Source: Nitrosopumilus sp. (GTDB lineage: Archaea; Thermoproteota; Nitrososphaeria; Nitrososphaerales; Nitrosopumilaceae). From it: a DNA stretch of 64,000 bases. Position numbers and translations under genes: made by a program. The DNA is taken from positions 1,952,001 through 2,016,000 of the forward strand of contig OZ241981.1 in assembly GCA_965204345.1 (NCBI GenBank), in the 5' to 3' direction. The stretch's first letter is position 1. Each line of letters begins with the position of its first letter. This document shows positions 60,855 through 64,000 of the stretch, piece by piece. The notes beneath the pieces are model-generated. The model searched no databases. It saw only the letters and a list, made by a program, of their open reading frames with translations, and had not been told where the DNA came from.

Positions 60855-61607
60855 ATGGCCTATACTAAAATAATGTCTTGTTTTGTGATGGTCTGGTTTG
60901 TTGTCGTTGTTATTAGCATTATTGTTGTTCAACCCAGTTATGCGAATCTTCAAGATAATCTGATAGGAGGCAGTGATTTTGAAAAGTTAAAAATTCTTGA
61001 ATATGACAAGAATCGCTTTGGCCTGTTTGGCTCTGATCAGTTAAAATGGATCATAAACTGGAATGGTGAGAGTTGGCAAGAGGAAACCCTGTTTGTTCAA
61101 GCAAGTAGCACTGCGTCCAAAATAACGTTTCTTGCCAGTGGAACTGACCGTCTTCATTTGGATGATATTGCACTGTCAAAAACATCGCTTGGGAAAAATT
61201 CAAACGAGTTTGCATTGGATTTAATTCCTCAAAAAAGAGCTATTACAAACGAGCAAGATGCGCCGTTTCTGCTTGAGATAAACCCGATCTCTTTGGATTC
61301 CACCTCTGCTGCTGCCACTCCCATGATACAACTAGACGTTGTTTATGATCAAAATGATTTCAAAGAAATATCCGTAAATCCCGACAGCGGGATTCCCCCA
61401 TTCAAATCAGTCATTTTGGTCCATCCAGCACAAACTTCTGGAATAAAAAACTTCACCATACTTTCGCAGGATAGTCTTGATAATAATGTACAGGTTGTGG
61501 GAACCGTTGAAATACAAGAACCAAAAAACACATTTCTCTGGAATTTAATCATTGGCATACTGACAATTTTATTGGCATTGGGACTGTTCAAAGTAATCAA
61601 GAAATAA
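60855..61607 (+). CDS. Secreted anchored hypothetical protein, copy 3
   Basis: Protein identical to copy 1. Confidence 0.8.
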   Translation: MAYTKIMSCFVMVWFVVVVISIIVVQPSYANLQDNLIGGSDFEKLKILEYDKNRFGLFGSDQLKWIINWNGESWQEETLFVQASSTASKITFLASGTDRLHLDDIALSKTSLGKNSNEFALDLIPQKRAITNEQDAPFLLEINPISLDSTSAAATPMIQLDVVYDQNDFKEISVNPDSGIPPFKSVILVHPAQTSGIKNFTILSQDSLDNNVQVVGTVEIQEPKNTFLWNLIIGILTILLALGLFKVIKK

Positions 61608-61640
61608 AAATTCTTCTGTATTGGCAGCGCGTACTGCTGT

Positions 61641-64000
61641 CTATGTTTTCACTTTGAATAAGGCAGCTTCACCTTCTCTAATGACTAATTGCAATTGAGG
61701 ATTATCCTCAAAGAGGGCTATTCGTTCAGAAGTACTTATGTGAAGAGCTGGAAATACTGGTAGAAGCTGGTTCACATCCGATTGTTGTCTGTCTTGCGGA
61801 TCACCGCCAGTAATTAACACATATTCAATACCATACTTGTCCAATATTTCCATCATTTTCATGTCTCCGGGATGGTGTAATACAAGGTTAGCCTCATATG
61901 CTCTCTCTTTTAGAAATGTATCATCTAACACAACACTACTGTGTATTCTTCTCCACATTTCTCTGTTATTAGTTATATCAAATATCTTTATTGATGAAAG
62001 CCACATTCCTTCACCAGTTCTATCCTCAAGGATGGTTGTATTTGAATCAAGATTGTCATTCATCCAACCCATCACTTTTAATTCATTGCTTGTAGGTAAA
62101 TATCCTAGCAAATTATCTTTATACTCGTATGAAATATGAGTATCAAGACTTGGAGTTAGTGCAATAAAAACCAACGAGTAAATCGCTATGGACAAGACTG
62201 ATTTTGAACGTAATGAAATTTCGCGTTTGTTAAACCTAGTTGCAAGTTTATCAAAAATATCAACCCCTGCTAAAATTATTCCTATTTGAGAGATGATAGC
62301 TCCTAGTAAAACAAGTCTGTCAGGATACATAAACCAGAAAAGATTCTCGTAAATTACTTTATTTGATATTGTTCCAAACACTAGGGAAAACATTACAATC
62401 AAAAATAAACTAAACTCTCGATTGGATTTAAACAACCAAATTGCAGAAAGAACCCCCCCTAGTAATAAAATAAAATAAGGAAAATATATAGAATCCATGT
62501 TGTATATGTCTGCATCCTCTAATAATAGCCAAAAATAGTCGATAAGAATATTATTTATCTTCTGCAATTCATCTGCAAAATAAACCAGTGATGCGCCTGA
62601 TGTTACTACCAAAATAATTAACGCCAATCGTAAAATAAGCATATAGTTTTTTATCTTAAATTTCCCGACTCGCAGTCCATTTGTTTTGGAGTTTATGGGG
62701 GATTTTAAGAGTATTAATTTAATAATTATAAACAAAACAAAGGGAACGATCATGATAGTATATGTGATAAATATTACAACTGACAATAGCGAATAAATAA
62801 TAAAATTAGAATTATTTTTATTATTAATAACTATGCTGATAAAAAGCAAAAGTATGCAAGTAAATGTAACAAATACAAAAGTTCCTGTAGATAATGGAGT
62901 AAGTAGTACATCATGAGAAATTACAAAATAACCTACTTCATTTCCTGGAATAAAAAACAATGCTCCAAATGCAATGCTTGCCAAGTAATACGATTTGGTT
63001 TTTTTGTATATTATTGAAAAACAGATGGGCGGCAAGAGTGCAACAATTGTTACTGTGACGGCATATTGGGATATTGGCAGCATGACGTTTGTAATCAAAG
63101 AAAAAAATGCAGTCAAAGCATGAAATCCCTGAGGATAAACTGTCATTCCATATGGCAAATCAAAAAATGGCCAATTATTGTTAAACACACTCGTATGATA
63201 CATTATAAATTGCGAAGCGTGACCATGGTATTGCGAATCAAAAACAGGCGGCCAGCTCATATTTTCTGCAATTATAAAAAAGTGAGTCAGTGACAGAATT
63301 ATGAGTATGCCTGCAATCAGATTTGGAAGAACTTTTTCATTTTTAATTTCAGACAGAATTTTAGCTCTGTCTCTGAAAATCAAGTAAGAGCCAACCATCA
63401 TAAACGAAAAGAAGGCTGTCAGAACAGTAGTCTGTGTAAAGTGAAGCATTGCCAGAAAAATCGCCAAAAGAATCAGCAATACCAAGCCAAAGGCAGAGTA
63501 CAGGGAAAAATTAATTACAAATCCAAAATTCAGCTTGTATCGGATAATTTTTAATAGAAAATACCCCATAATAACTGAAGACGACAAATAAACAATCATG
63601 GATGTCAGTATCTCGTTTTTAAAATTCGACCTGTCTGAACCTATTTTGCTGTCAAATAATTCAGGCACTACCTCTGCATCTGTAATGAGCGTGGTCTGGG
63701 AATAAGAGTCCCCTCCGTTTACAAATGTAATTCTAAGAGACTTGACATTGCCAGGATCAAAGCCAGGTTTATTTTGAACGTAATTGGAGGGATCTACAAT
63801 AACTTTTGCCCAAGTGCCATCTTCTAAACCAAACCACTGTGGCAAATTCCAAAAAAGACGCTGTATATCATTTGCATCAACCATGATCAAAAATGCATTA
63901 GCCCTCCATGCTTCAGGAGTACTTTTATTTATTCCAGCCACATTTTCAAGATTCATCCAAAATCGTAATCCTTGGCCCGTAGACAGATCCACAGGCTTGG
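61641..64000 (-). CDS. GT-C-like membrane protein, copy 3 (allele A', 5' end beyond window)
   Basis: Four aa differences from copy 1 in the visible part. Confidence 0.65.
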   Translation of the reverse strand, partial: KPVDLSTGQGLRFWMNLENVAGINKSTPEAWRANAFLIMVDANDIQRLFWNLPQWFGLEDGTWAKVIVDPSNYVQNKPGFDPGNVKSLRITFVNGGDSYSQTTLITDAEVVPELFDSKIGSDRSNFKNEILTSMIVYLSSSVIMGYFLLKIIRYKLNFGFVINFSLYSAFGLVLLILLAIFLAMLHFTQTTVLTAFFSFMMVGSYLIFRDRAKILSEIKNEKVLPNLIAGILIILSLTHFFIIAENMSWPPVFDSQYHGHASQFIMYHTSVFNNNWPFFDLPYGMTVYPQGFHALTAFFSLITNVMLPISQYAVTVTIVALLPPICFSIIYKKTKSYYLASIAFGALFFIPGNEVGYFVISHDVLLTPLSTGTFVFVTFTCILLLFISIVINNKNNSNFIIYSLLSVVIFITYTIMIVPFVLFIIIKLILLKSPINSKTNGLRVGKFKIKNYMLILRLALIILVVTSGASLVYFADELQKINNILIDYFWLLLEDADIYNMDSIYFPYFILLLGGVLSAIWLFKSNREFSLFLIVMFSLVFGTISNKVIYENLFWFMYPDRLVLLGAIISQIGIILAGVDIFDKLATRFNKREISLRSKSVLSIAIYSLVFIALTPSLDTHISYEYKDNLLGYLPTSNELKVMGWMNDNLDSNTTILEDRTGEGMWLSSIKIFDITNNREMWRRIHSSVVLDDTFLKERAYEANLVLHHPGDMKMMEILDKYGIEYVLITGGDPQDRQQSDVNQLLPVFPALHISTSERIALFEDNPQLQLVIREGEAALFKVKT

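Larger units (their letters stand above)
53539..64000. repeat. Tandem array of 3609-bp units (53539-57147, 57148-60756, 60757 to beyond window)
   Basis: tcatatcatcatcaatcttgcagg starts at 53539, 57148 and 60757; ORF coordinates shift by exactly 3609. Confidence 0.98.

Noticed and set aside
3004-63293. Numerous 60-150 aa ORFs antisense to or nested in long genes
   Set aside because: They fully overlap well-supported genes and lack motifs.
54423-64000. Diversity-generating retroelement as the source of allele variation
   Set aside because: Changes are not adenine-specific (GAT>TAT, CAG>TAT, TCG>TCT), are spread over more than 1 kb, and no reverse transcriptase or template repeat is visible.

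Overview
AT-rich archaeal chromosome segment from an ammonia-oxidising Nitrosopumilus-type thaumarchaeote. The assignment rests on TFB, EF-1alpha, S10, Rpo12, CofC/CofD, archaeal FBP aldolase/phosphatase, a thaumarchaeosortase-like protein and DnaJ-ferredoxin. A secreted serpin hints at a host (sponge)-associated lineage. Most of 3-53 kb is conserved core genome. Five accessory signals stand out. (1) A tandem array of a 3609-bp two-gene unit (53539 to the window end, at least 3 copies, A-B-A' pattern) encodes an 872-aa GT-C-like membrane protein whose copies differ almost only by clustered non-synonymous changes. (2) A 1.5-kb non-coding island (11.95-13.44 kb) holds two stem-closed box C/D-like RNA units with different guide segments, bracketed by inverted copies of a ~160-bp MITE-like repeat. 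(3) The same repeat lies beside an ApeA-like HEPN gene and is split in permuted order around the serpin gene, with a 12-bp direct repeat. (4) Two unannotated paralogous 21-25 aa micropeptide genes (YxPIRPSRRD-acidic) are present. (5) Several other small ORFs and short repeats were missed by the ORF track. All calls are by eye; no database searches were run.
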